NCBI RefSeq assembly: GCF_009914755.1
Contig: NC_060930.1
Source of the DNA: the human T2T-CHM13v2.0 reference genome, Homo sapiens
DNA length: 64,000 nucleotides
Direction: 5' to 3' (one strand)
The translations under genes and the position numbers were made by a program. Of the stretch, positions 1 through 13,199 are shown in pieces. Numbering within the stretch: the first letter of the stretch is position 1; each line of letters begins with the position of its first letter. The notes beneath the pieces are model-generated. The model ran no database searches, had not been told where the DNA came from, and saw only the letters and a list, made by a program, of their open reading frames with translations.

Positions 1-810
1 TACGGCACTCCCATGTTTACCACAGCAGTATTCACAATAGCCAATATATGGTTTCAACCTAAGTGCCCATCTATAGATGAATGGACAAAGAACATTTGGT
101 ATGTGTGTGTGTGTGTATATGTATATACACACATATCTCTTTAGTATATATGTATATACATATATACATTTATGTATACAATTATGTATATATGTATATA
201 CATATATACATTTATGTATACAATTATGTATATATGTATATATGTGTATATATATGAAAATAGATATATATATATAAAATGGAATACTATTCAGCTGTAA
301 AACAGAATGAAATCCTGTCATTTGTAGCAACATGGATGAACCTGGAGGACATCACATTAGGTGAAATAAACTAGGCAAAGAAAAATAAACACCGCATGAT
401 CTCACTCATACATGAAATCTAAATATGTTGATTCTACAGAAGTAGAGAGTTAGAATAGTGGTTACCAGAGGCTGGGAAGAGTAGGGGGAAAGGAAGAATG
501 GGGAGAGATTGGACAAAAAGTACAAAGTAACAGGAAGAATAAGTTTTGGTGTTCCATTACACAGTAGGGTGACTGTAGCTAATAATAATGTATTATGGCT
601 CTAAATGTATTGTAGCTGTAATGTATTATAACTCTAAATAGTCAAGATAGCTTGACTATTATCATCCTAAAGAAGTGATAAATATTTACGGTGATGGACA
701 TTCTAATTACCCTGATTTTATCATTATACAATGTATACATGCAGTTAAAATCACACTGTACCCCATAAATATGTACAATTATGATGTACACATAATAAAT
801 ACAACAAAAA
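1..810 (+). mobile_element. LINE-1 3' end (L1MA-like), interrupted by a TA-rich microsatellite
   Basis: Typical L1 ORF2-end/3'UTR motifs (ttcacaatagcc, atggaatactattcagc, catggatgaacctggaggac, ctgtaccccataaatatgtac) ending in an A-rich tail. Confidence 0.85.
101..275. repeat. (TG)n/(TA)n low-complexity repeat with an internal ~40-bp duplication
   Basis: Visible directly; tatatgtatatacatatatacatttatgtatacaattatg occurs twice. Confidence 0.9.
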
Positions 811-1745
811 ATGAAGAATATTCATACAAGAAAATACCCAAAACAAAGCATGGAGAGAAAAATAAAGCATGGAGAGAAAAAACCACAGACGAGAGGCAAG
901 AAATATCTAATATACAAATAAGGAAGCCTTAAACTAATATCATTGGAATCTCAGGAAGAAAAGAGAGAATGAGTTAAAACCAATATTTGAGAATTTTCTA
1001 AAATTAACATAAGACATTAAGTCACAGACTCAAGAATCCCGAATATGGCAAATACAATGATTACCGCATTTAGAAATATCAAAATAAAACCAAAGACAGA
1101 AAAATCTTAAAAGGCAGATAGAGGCGAAAAATATTATCTTGAAAGGAACAACCATTCAATGGAGAGAGATCTTAACAGAAACAAGAAAGCCAAAGACTGT
1201 GGAATGAATCCTGATCACCTTGGAGCAGACCTTGAATTTCACCACCAATGAAAATACCCTTGAAGAATGAAGGTTAAGAATAAAAAATTTCAGATAACAA
1301 AAACAGAGGAATTTATCATCACCAGATCTACACTAATGTTAAGTACCAAACAATGTTTTTCAGGCAGACGATGAATGATTACAGATGGAAACTCAAGGAA
1401 GAGGGAAGGAGTGAAAAGGAAAAATATGTAACTGAATAAAAATCGGTAATTAGTGCAACAACCTACCATATATATCAAGGCAAAGGTTATTAGTAGAGAT
1501 TAAGGGAGTTTTATTAATAACACTAAATGTAATTCACCAGGAAGATAAAACAATCCTAATTCTGGCTATGTATACATTGTATGTATAGGAAAGCCACACG
1601 ATATATAAAGCAAAAATTAATAGAGGCAAAAGGAAAAACAGATTCCCAATCATAGCAGAAGATTTTTAACACATTTCTTTCAGTAAATGACAGAATAAGC
1701 ACCTAAAAAAGTACTGCACCAGACAACTATATTCTTTTCAAAAAC
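810..1745 (+). mobile_element. Degraded old L1 (ORF1 to ORF2-endonuclease fragments)
   Basis: A-rich sequence with L1M-like motifs (attggaatctcaggaagaa, aattcaccaggaagataaaacaatcct). Confidence 0.6.
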
Positions 1746-2127
1746 CAGGGAGAGATTGAAAATAGATGAGAGCAGGGGACTGCCCTTCCTCCAACAGCTC
1801 ACTCCTCAGCCCTCTGGAGCTACTTGGGTATCCTCAACGTGCCGGTCTTACACATGGCACTATCACTTGAATTTCCTAGCTTTCCTCAACAGGTGAATTC
1901 TTATTAATTTTTTTCAAATACTTGGTTCAGACATAAATCCCTTGTTATTTCTCTCTTCTCTTCTGGGCTGTTTTAGAACCTGGATAATACTTGGGTTGTA
2001 TTGTGGCACACGTTGCATTGCGATATAGGATTTATTTAGATCTTGCATTGTGCACTGTGACTTCTGCTAGATACCTCTAGCACAGTTCTGATATTTAGGA
2101 GATGCTCTATATGTGCTTCCGGTCTTA

Positions 2128-2475
2128 CAGTCATGTATCACTTAACAACAAGGATACAGGCTGAAAAATGCATTGTTAGATGATTTCATCATTGTGGGAA
2201 CATCATAGAGGGCACTTACACAAACCTGGATGGTAGAGCTTACTCCACACCTAGGATATATGGGACAGCCTATTGCTCCTAAGCTACAAGCCTGTATAGC
2301 ATGATACTGTACTGAATACTATAGGCAACTGTAACACAATGGGAAGTATTTGTGTATTGAAACATATCTAAACACAGAAAAGATACAGTAAAAAATATGG
2401 TATTATGATCTCATGGGATCACTGTAGTATATGCAGTCAGTTGCTGACCAAAACATCTGATGTGACACATGACTC
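2128..2475 (+). mobile_element. Tigger3a (TcMar-Tigger non-autonomous element), full length
   Basis: 348 bp; TIR ends cagtcatg...catgact; TA dinucleotides on both sides (2126-2127, 2476-2477); internal sequence matches recalled consensus. Confidence 0.9.
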
Positions 2476-5194
2476 TATTTGCCAGATCACAATCATCATC
2501 TTTTCTCCCTCCTCATCTTTACTTTAAAAGTAAACATCTACCCTCAACAAATGCTCATACATAGTCCTGTACCAACAGCTAAGATAATTGAATTTTTAGA
2601 AACATTTAAAAATGTGGAGACACTGTAAATGACTGGAGTGTGTAGGAACTCACTGGCTGCATCCTGAATGTCAAGGTTAAAACCTAAGCACCAACAAATA
2701 TGGAAAGTGAAAGATGAATAATTAAGAAATGGGCTAACTGTACCATTTGAAAGTTTCCATTACCAAGGCTTAATATTTAAGTAATGCTTCCTGATTTGGG
2801 CACGAAATAATTAATTACGATTAATAGTGCTTGGGAATGTATTTTCAAGTTCTGAAAAAATGATGTGGAATGTATCATAGTTTGTGAACTATGCAACTTT
2901 GTCTTGTTATTTCAGCCCATGGAGAAGAGAATATTTCTTTGTCTTTACCTCATGCAGTAGCATGCCAGGCCACTGCTGGGTCAGGCAACAAATAAGTTGT
3001 TTGTGCCTGAAAAAATAATGGTAGCCCTATCTTCTTTCAGAATAGTCATGGGAAACAATGAAAACAAAATAGCAAGTTATAAAATGGCAACTTTATTTTT
3101 TCAATAATTCTTACCTCATTTATAACTATTAACTATTTGTGTAGTTTTTCAAAATGTTTTCTGCCTACTGTATCTCTTCACTGTATCCCCAGGTTAGTGT
3201 GTTATTGAATTCATTGTGCTCAATAAAGGTTGGAGCCAATGAATAAATAAATAAAATGAATGTCTGTCTACACTAACTCTAGAATCTTAATTTTAAACCA
3301 TAAAAAAAGAAAGGTGAATGTTTTCCAAACAACAACAACAAAAATACAAAAACAATTCTTATTAATTAAATGGAACATGGACTTTTGTTCCCAATTTTAT
3401 TTTTGAATTCCTTTAATTTCCTCTTGTCTAAATCTTGAACACAACATGTTTAAAAACCAAATCTTAACTACTTGCCACCAAAGTGGCCGCCTTGTTTTGT
3501 CTGACAATGTGTTCCAGCTTTTCTTCTTTCAGACATCTCTTTCCACAGCCTCTCCTTTCTCTATAAGTTCTCTTAACAAGATTCCTCAATTGCCTGACAC
3601 TTCTCTACTAATCTAGTAATACATCTTCATTAAAATTTTATTTTTCTTTTTGAAGAGCTTGTCTTTTCCTCCTTATCATTAAAGCTTTAAATACCCAAAG
3701 GAAAACTAGTTAATAATTTCTCAGAACATAAAATCTAAGAACTAGAAAAAAAAGATATCAATTTGTTTATTTTCTTAAGACTGTGAAATCCAGTCTTACT
3801 TACAAAAATGGAAAGCTTTTTCACACTTTACACTGTCCAGATGTCAAGGTATAACCTTTTAGTAAAACAAATAGAAAATTAATACTCCTTATTGGTGTGT
3901 AAACATTAGGCTACTTTTCTTATATTGCTGCAGGAGATATGCCAAGCTATTTGTCTTTTTAAGCTTTGCAAATGTAAAATATAGTAATGTGGTTTACTTT
4001 AGTCTATTACAAATTCACCTCACTGTCTATTAACATATCTCAACTCTAACTCAATGGCACTTCTACCTGTATTATTCATTTTTCATTATCCCATAATCCA
4101 GAGCTCTTGGATGAGACTCCGTAAAACACAACTATTAGGTCCAAACTCAGGGATATTCATCTGTTGGGACGCGGATTAAATCATCAAGTTATTTCAGCAG
4201 GCTAAACCAACTGCCACTCAATTGTAGTGTGCGTTTCCTACCAGTGCTCATTCTAACCACAATTCATGATTAAAAATTTTTGTATTCAATTCAGATTGCC
4301 TCTGGCACCAACCTGAATTAACTTGCCAAAGTACTGTGCATTTTTAGTTACTTAGCCAATAAACTGGCAGCCTAAGTCTCCTCCTGTATATTGTGATCTA
4401 AATGAGGCTTTACAAGCCTCAATTTTCCCCAAAGAGAGTTCACACTGAGCTGAAGACAAAAAATTTTCACATTTTATCAGTCTCAGGTCAGAACATCATC
4501 TGTCAAAATCAATTGTCTTTTTTCTCACTTTTCTCGTTATTAAAAATTCCAGCAGAATATGTATGAGGTGAAGCCACAGAACAAACTTGGTAGCCTGGAA
4601 AGTTTTAGAGTTTTAAAGTCAGCTCAGTGTCAGGGCAAAAAGAACAGAATATAGGTATGAGTTACTGTGGTTCATCAGAATACTTTAAAAAATATCGGTA
4701 AGTTAGAAACACTTAACTATTCAGTAGTAGGAGATGAGTTAATTAGATTATATTGCATGCATTCAGTGGAATGCTATGTGATCATTAAAACTAATGATAA
4801 AACATTTTTATTGACTTGAAAGGCAAGTTATAATATAATTTATTTCCCATATATATGTGCATACAAGAAATTAAGGGAGATTACTAACAGTGATTATATC
4901 TAGGTTAGAAAATTTCAGGCAACCTTATTTTTTACTTTTCTATATTATTGATTTGTATTTTTATTAAAAATGAACACATCTACTTCTAGCCACAATAGAG
5001 AAACAAGAACCAGATCTCCTTTTCCACTTTAAACAACTGAAAAACTAGGTAAAATATATGAACCAATGGTTTTCAGATATGGGACCACAGGCAGTGCAGG
5101 ACGGTTATCCTTGAGAGAAGAAAAATGTGAGATGGGCTTCACAAGATCTCAGCTTATTGTCAGGGTGAGTTTCCAGGCAGCAGCATAAGAAAGG

Positions 5195-5557
5195 TGTATT
5201 ACTGCATTCTCACACTGTTAATAAAGACACACCCGAGACTGGGTAATTTATAAAGAAAAAGAGGTTCAATGGATTCACAGTTCCACGTAGCTGGGGAGGT
5301 CTCACAATCATGGTGGAAGACAAAAGGCATGACTTACATGGTGGCAGACAAAAAGGAAAATGAGAGGCAGACAAAAGGGAAAACCCCTTACAAAATCATC
5401 AGATTTTGTGAGACTTCTTCACTACCATGAGAACAGCATGGGGGAACCGCCCCCATGATTCAATTATCTCCCACTGGGTCCCTCCAACAACATGTGGGAA
5501 TTATGGGAGCTAAAATTCGAGATGAGTTTTGGGTGGGGATACAGCTAAACCATATCA
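5195..5557 (-). mobile_element. THE1B-like MaLR solo LTR
   Basis: TG...CA ends, reverse complement of tgatatggttt.gctgt.tccccaccc; 5-bp TSD AAAGG at 5190-5194 and 5558-5562. Confidence 0.9.
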
Positions 5558-6328
5558 AAAGGGAAGCCCAAATTGAGCCGGGAATATTCCTGGGTTGAGG
5601 AGACAGAGCTCAGAATTTGGGGAGTACAAGGTGGCTAGAAGTAGCAGGGCAGGATACCAGAGAGAAAGAGTGGCAAGAGAGTGAGCCCCAGAGACCTGCA
5701 GAGGAGTTCTCTGGAGTCCTCAGCTCAGCACTTCACAGCTGACGCTGTGAGGAAACTTAAAGTTAGGAAAAGAATCAAGAAAGCAATAGAGTCCCACCAG
5801 GACAGAATTACTCTTGTTTCAGTAACCAGAGTGGAAAGTTCATAATGTATAAGTATCAGTACTCAGGAGGATATTGCCTCAGTAAGGGGGCCAAATTAAC
5901 CCTAGATAAAAGATTGCTCTCATCCTGTGTATCAAAGTGCCTCAGAAGGACTGATCTATTTCTAGGTACTGTACCTTAACTGTATCCAGAAACAAAGCTC
6001 AAAAATATTTAAAAGATTCAGCATCCAACAGCATAAATTCATAATGTCTGACATCTATACGGAAATTACAAGGCATGCAAGGAGGAAGGACAAACAATCT
6101 ATGAGGGTAAAACTCAACCATTACAAAAGACACAGAAATGGAAAATATAATAGGATTAGAAGACTAAGACATTTTTAAAAATTGTAAATATACTCTGTAT
6201 GTTCACAGAGGTAAAGCAGAGGTATGTTAAGGAGAAATATGGAAGCTAAAAAGAGGCCCAAATTAAACTACTAGATTTGAAAAATATCATGTTCAGATAA
6301 AAAAAATGTACTGGTTGAGATTAGTAGC

Positions 6329-6714
6329 TGATATGGTTTGGCTGTGTATCCCCACCCAAATATCATCTCGAACTGTAATCTCATGTGTTGAGGGAGGGGC
6401 CTTTAATCTTTACGTGTCGAGGGAAGGAGGTGATTGGATCATGGAGATGGTTTCTCCCATGCTGTTCTTGTGATAATGAGAGAGTTCTCATGAGATCTGA
6501 TGGTTTTCTAAGTGTTTGGCAAGTTCCTCCTTTGCATGCTGACACTCTCTCCTGCTGCCTTGTGAAGAAGGTGCCTGCTTCCCTTTCTGCCATGATTATG
6601 TTTCCTGAGGCCTCCTCAGCCATGCAGAACTGTAAGTCAGTGAAACCTCTTCCCTTTATAACTTACCTTGTCTTGTGTAGTATCTTTATAGCATTGTCAG
6701 AACAGGCAAATACA
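6329..6714 (+). mobile_element. THE1C/D-like MaLR solo LTR
   Basis: Starts tgatatggtttggctgtgt, ends aataca; 5-bp TSD GTAGC on both sides. Confidence 0.9.
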
Positions 6715-9288
6715 GTAGCTAATAATGGCGTTAAAATGGAATAATTAAAAGTACACAAGTCATTCTAAAGAAGGGAGTAAAGAAGAAGAAGGGTATAAAG
6801 AACAGAAAGAATAAATAGAAAGTAATAGCAGGATGGTAGATTAATACATAAAGAAATCAATATTCACATTCAAGGCATATGCTTTAAACACTTAGATTAA
6901 AAGGTAGAAATGACCAGATTGGATTTAAAAAGACATATCTGAAAGATACCCATTGTATTATTAAAAAAAAATCGGCTAAAAGCAAATGTATGAACATTGA
7001 TATACTATGCTAACATTGAAAGAAAATTGAAGTAGCTATATTCATATCAGGCAATGTAAATTTCAGAGCAAATAATATTGCTGATGATCATTTCATGATG
7101 ACAAGAGTTTATTAATTAAGAGGTACATGTTTTATGTACCAAGTAACAGAGCTTTAAAATATTAATACATGAAGCAACACTGATAGGACTGAAAAAAATA
7201 AATGAACCTACAGTTACAGCCAAAGTTTTCAGCATTTTTTCCATCAATAATTGATCGGCCAATGAATAGAAAATCCAAGGATATAAAAGACTAATAATAT
7301 TAGCAAACAGCTGACCTAACTGATATTTATAGAACCCTATAACCACCAGCAGCAAAATTATCAAGTATAGACAATATTTACCAAGATAGGCTATATTCTG
7401 AGTAATAAAAAACTCTCAATAAATTGTAAAGAATTGAAGTTATAAAAAGTATGTTTTCTGACCATAATAGGATTAAATTAGAACATAGTAACAGGAAGAT
7501 ATCTCGAAATTTCTGAAGCATCTGAAAAATATAACACACTCCCAAATAACCCACAAGTGAAAGAATATTAGAAAGCATTTTGAATTGAGTGAAAATTGAA
7601 ATATTACACAAAAAATTGTGAAAGACGCAGCTATTCAGAGTCCAGAGGGATTTTATAATATTAAATGTTTATATTAAAAATAAATAAATACCTTAAATCT
7701 GTTATCTTACCTTCTACTTTAGGAAACTAAAAAAATAGTAAGTGAAATCCAAAGAAAGCAGAAAGGAGGAAATAATAAAGAGAAGAGCAGAAATCGAATA
7801 AATAAAAATTGCAAAAGTAATGACAAAATCAGTAGAAGAAAAGCTAGATCTTTAAAAAAGTGTCAAAATTGATAAGACATTTAAGCAAATTAGATCAGAA
7901 TAAAAAGAGAAAAATAAAATTACCAATATCAGAAATGAGACAGGGCATATCTCTACATATCTTTCAGAAACCATAAAGATAATAATAGTGTGAAAAACTT
8001 TATGCCAGTAATCAAAAACTTAGATGAAATTGAGAAGTTCCTTTCTAGGCACAAACTTCCATGGCACCTTTAAGAAGAAATAGACAACCTGAACATCTCT
8101 TTATATATTAAAGGCAGAATTTATATTTGAATAACTCACAAAAGACAAAACTCCAGGTACAGGTAACTTTTCCGTTTTTTTCTACCAAGTACATTGGGAA
8201 GAAAAGAAATTATGCAAACTCTTCCAGAAACTGGGAGAGAAGAGAACACTTTCAATCTCAATTTGTGAGGGCATAATTACTCTTGTAACAAAATCAGACA
8301 AACACACAAAAGGAAAACTAAAGCCTAATATCCCCCATGAATATAAATACATAATTTCTTCAGATTTTAATGAATCAATTCCAACAATATGTAAAAAAGA
8401 TAATACATGTGATCAAGTAGGGGTTATCCCATGATTACAAGTTTGGTTTAATATGTAATTCATCACATTAGTAGGCTAAAACGATATAATTTACCACATT
8501 ACAAGCCAAAGGAAGAAAAATCATATGATCCTCACAATAGATATAGAAAAAGCCTTTGACAAAATCCAATGCTGATCCCTGATTAAAAAACAAACAAACA
8601 ACAATAAAAAAAAACTCTCAGTAAACAAGAACTAGAGGAGAATTTCCTCAATCTGATAAAGAACATCTAGGAAAAATCTGTAGCTCCATCACTACACTTA
8701 ATGGTGGAAGCCTGGATGCTTTCCCTGTAAGATTCGGAATCAGTTAATGATGTGTGCTCTTGTAGTTTATACTGTAGTGTGCTGCTGGTCCTAGCCAGTG
8801 CAATAAGGGAGGAAAACAACAACAACAAAAAAAGGTTTTCAGATTGGAAACAAAGAAATAAAACTTTCCTTTCAGATGATATACTTGTTAATGTAGAACA
8901 TGTAGGAATCTACAAAATGGCTTCTGAAACTGATAAGTGACTTTACCAAGTTTGCAACGTATCGATTTAATCTATATATCAATGGAATTTCTATATACTA
9001 TCAATAAGTAAATAGAAATTAAAATTAAAGAGACAATGCTCTCATAAAGACAAAATATTAGGGATATGTTGACTAAAGATATAGAAAAAGCCTTTGACAA
9101 AATCCAACGTTGGAGATGTGGAGCAACTGGAACTCTCAAACACTGACCGTAGGGATGACAAATGACACTATCACTTTGAAAAACAGTCTGGCAGTTTATT
9201 TAAAAAAGCTAAATAACCCCCACCCCCAGCATAAGACACAGATAACCTACTCCTTGATATTTACCCAAGAGAAGTGAAAACCACATGT

Positions 9289-9504
9289 CAGTTTGGGGCT
9301 ACAATAAATAAATCTGCTATGAACATTAGTGTACAAGTCTTTGTTTACAACAAACAAAATAAGTTAGTATACTTATTTATCACAAATAAACAAAGTGTAC
9401 TTATTTATCATAAATAAATAGTACACTAACTTATTTTGTTTGTTGTGAACAAAGACTTGTACACTAATGTTCATAGCACATTTATTTATCATAGCCCCAA
9501 ACTG
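9289..9504. repeat. Near-perfect inverted repeat (~85-bp arms) inside the L1
   Basis: Left arm from 9289 is the reverse complement of the right arm ending at 9504, with about 5 mismatches. Confidence 0.95.
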
Positions 9505-10019
9505 GAAACAACTGATAGATCTATCAATAGGTTAATGGATGGAGAAATTGTGGTGTGGAATATCACTCAAAAATATGATGGAATGAAATGTGGAAAATTG
9601 CAACAATATAGATAAATCCCAAATAATTTTTCTGAGTAAAAGAATCCAGACCAAAAAGGAGATTATATACTATATACATATATTATATGATTCCATTTAT
9701 GCAAAACCCTAGAAATATCAGACTAGTCTTAATGACAGAAGGCAGATTAGCTGTTGTCTAGAGGTAGTAGAAGAAGGTAGGAATGGATTATACAGAAGGA
9801 GAAAAACACTTTTAGGAGTGAAGGATCTGGTCCTTATCTTGATTGTGGTGATTGTTTCATGGGCATATTTATATGTTAAAGCTAATCAAATTGTATACTT
9901 TAAGTGATTGTAGTTGATTGTATGACAATTGTACTTCAATAAAGCTGTAATAAAGGACAGATATTATCTGTAAAGTAAAACACAAACATAGGGTGATAAA
10001 AGTTCATGGCTGTCTGCTC

Positions 10020-10330
10020 TATTCTCCCAGATTTGTTCTAACTAGTTGTGTGAACTTAGGCAAGTAATATTATACTTCTAGTCTCAAGGTACTCCTTGAA
10101 GTAGAAAGAGCTGATAGGATGAGATGATTTTTAAGGATCTTTCCTATGAATCTGTAATAGCAGCAGCTGTCTTTTATTGTATGTGTGATACATACCAAGC
10201 ACTGTACTCACTTTACATCATGGGATGTGACTTAGAGAAATCAATGACTTTTCCAAGATCACAAAGCGATTAACTAGAAGATCCAAGGTCAAACAGTTCT
10301 ACCTGACCCTAGAGCCTGTGCTTCCAGCCA
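10020..10330. mobile_element. MIR fragments
   Basis: actagttgtgtgaacttaggcaagt and tgacttttccaagatcaca MIR-like cores. Confidence 0.55.
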
Positions 10331-11176
10331 GTCTTCTCTGCCTCTATGAACACAATTGTTTCACCAGTGCTCACCACCTAGTAACCCTCCTAGCAGTTTA
10401 GCTTTGATATGGTCTATGACCTACCACCTGACCTATCTAGTCCCCTTATATTTGCTATCTTTTCCCATGGTTTAACATCCAGCATAGATAATTCTTTATG
10501 TGATTTGTGGAATTTGATGGCACAGCTCTTATTAATGTTAATGTGAGTCATGGAGCAGAACTGTATCCATTGTGCTGAGAATTTATACTAGATACAATTT
10601 CATCACTAACAGAACAGCTCACAAATTAGAAGGATTTAATATAATTTTGAATCTTACTTTTTATTTTCTATCATTGCCTTTTCACTCAAGAAGAAAAGTG
10701 GAACAAAAAAATTCATCATGTACAAGATTATGTGTAATTTCTTCTCCTATGGAATTTAACTTTACTTGAAAGAAGAGATGATAGAAATCCCTGAAGATCC
10801 CTCTCCTAGGAGATATCAGTTATAAGCTTCTCTGTCTTTTGCTTGCATATATTTCTCAAGAGAGAGCATATAGTATTATTTATCATCAAATGAAAAAAAG
10901 AGTATGCTAATTAATTAATTAATTAAGCATATGCAATGGAGGGAAATAGGCTTATCAGAAAATTTCACCACCACAAATCAGCCCTGGACCCCCCTCCTAT
11001 CTTAAGTGGGCCGTCTTGCTGCTGAATTCATAATAGCCTGGAGGGTGAACTGATTAACAATAAACTGTTCAGCTTTACAGCAACACTTTTTTTACTTACA
11101 CCGTGACTTACACTTTTTATGATGGGTCCAAAGTAAGGATTTCAAGAGGCCTGTAGAAGAGCCTCCTGCCAGGAAA

Positions 11177-12284
11177 AGACCATAGGAACAGAGGAAGGAT
11201 GGCACAGAAAACCAGCCAGACCATAGGAACAGGGGAAGGATGGCACAGAAAACCAGCCAGACTATAGGAACAGGGGAAGGATGGCACAGAAAACCAGCCA
11301 GACTATAGGAACAGGGGAAGGATGGCACAGAAAACCAGCCAGACCATAGGAATAGAGGAAGGATGGCACAGAAAACCAGCCAGACTATAAGAACAGGGGC
11401 AGGATGGCACAGAAAACCAGCCAGACCTTAGGAACAGGGGAAGGATGGCACAGAAAACCAGCCAGACTATAGGAACAGGGGAAGGATGGCACAGAAAACC
11501 AGCCAGACCATAGGAACAGGGGAAGGATGGCACAGAAAACCAGCCAGACCATAGGAACAGGGGAAGGATGGCACAGAAAACCAGCCAGACCATAGGAACA
11601 GGGGAAGGATGGCACAGAAAACCAGCCAGACTATAGGAACATGGGAAGGATGGCATAGAAAACCAGCCAGACCACAGGAACAGAGGAAGGATGGCACAGA
11701 AAACAAGCCAGACCATAGGAACAGGGGAAGGATGGCACAGAAAACCAGCCAGACCATAGGAACAGGGGAAGGATGGCACAGAAAACCAGCCAGACCATAG
11801 GAACAGGGGAAGGATGGCACAGAAAACCAGCCAGACCATAGGAACAGAGGAAGGATGGCACAGAAAACCAGCCAGACTATAGGAACAGGGAAAGGATGGC
11901 ACAGAAAACCAGCCAGACCATAGGAACAGAGGAAGGATGGCACAGAAAACCAGCCAGACCATAGGAACAGGGGAAGGATGGCACAGAAAACCAGCCAGAC
12001 TATAGGAACAGCGGAAGGATGGCACAGAAACCAGCCAGAGTATAGGAACAGAGGAAGGATGGCACAGAAAACCAGCCAGACCATAGGAACAGAGGAAGGA
12101 TGGCACAGAAAACCAGCCAGACCATAGGAACAGGGGAAGGATGGCACAGAAAACCAGCCAGACCATAGGAACAGCGGAAGGATGGCACAGAAACCAGCCA
12201 GAGTATAGGAACAGAGGAAGGATGGCACAGAAAACCAGCCAGACCATAGGAACAGGGGAAGGATGGCACAGAAAACCAGCCAGA
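11177..12284. repeat. 41-bp minisatellite (VNTR), about 27 copies
   Basis: Unit AGACCATAGGAACAGGGGAAGGATGGCACAGAAAACCAGCC repeated head-to-tail without spacers. Confidence 0.98.
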
Positions 12285-12874
12285 TCGAATTGTACCCTTT
12301 TTTTGGTCCCTACCTCTCCTTATTTTCCTTACCTATGTTTTGTCTTTCTTCTATCTCTTATGATTCTATTAGTTCTTAATTTCTAAGAAACAAGAGGCTA
12401 AAGGAACTCAGAACTCAGAGGTGGAAGAATAGGCTTCATGTCTTTCATCCTCCCTGTTCCTTTCATTCCAAATTGCTCTCAAGGTTCCTGTGACCGCTGG
12501 CAAAAAGGCTTGGTCCATCACAATGCCTTCTTCCTGTCCTGAGCTACCTTGAATCAGGTACATGAGAAAAGGGATGCTGGAAAGTCTTTATAAGTAGAAA
12601 ACACATTTATTTTTATTTTATGGTTGTTTAATGTTGGAAGGCATATGCTTTAAAAAAAACTTTTAGAAATAGCTTTTTCAAGGTATAATTGACCTACAAT
12701 CAAGTGTACATATTCAAATTGTACAGTAAGGTTTGACATACGTATAAGTGAGGAAATCAACACCACAATCAAGATAAGCATCTCCATCACTCCAAAAGCC
12801 AAACACACTTATGATTTCATTTTTCCTCCTTACAACCTGTCCCCAACCCCTGCTTATCCTTGTCACCCATGTGA

Positions 12875-13199
12875 CAGGATTCATACATCCATCTGCAGGT
12901 TGTACTTAACCCACACATGTGTTTTGTTTGACTGTTATATAGTATTACAATTTCTAAATCAGTTTTCAAAAGTTAAAAAGCAGTAGATTTCACATACTAA
13001 ACCTAGATTTCTGTCTTTTTAAAGACTCCCAAATTCTGGTGAGTCTGGGCCAGCATTTTGACTGTCAGCATGCATTTGTCAGACCTGTGCAGTTAACAGC
13101 CTCTCCAGACGGACACACATTCTCCAGTTTCCTTGAGTCCCCACAGGCTTGCTTTACTTATTGATGTTGTTTGTTTGGCCTTTGAATGTTTCATCCCTG
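12875..13199 (+). mobile_element. MER102-like hAT-Charlie fossil
   Basis: cagg...ccctg ends; internal atgtgttttgtttg, agatttcacatactaaacctagattt, ctctccagttt motifs. Confidence 0.6.

Larger units (their letters stand above)
4980..9954 (+). mobile_element. Old L1 (L1MC/MD/ME-type) spanning 5' region to 3' end, with internal deletions and two nested THE1 LTRs
   Basis: 5' region, ORF1 fragment, ORF2 EN/RT fragments (gaaaaagcctttgacaaaatccaa; ttcagatgatatactt) and 3' end (cttcaataaagctg). Confidence 0.8.

Noticed and set aside
845-881. 19-bp tandem duplication aaagcatggagagaaaaa(t); similar short duplication near 38346-38400
   Set aside because: Ordinary slippage events with no further structure
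11092-12386. Long ORFs (up to 314 aa) over the 41-bp repeat; superficial CRISPR-like look
   Set aside because: ORFs are a by-product of a stop-poor tandem unit read in rotating frames; units are contiguous with no unique spacers, there are no cas genes, and the DNA is primate
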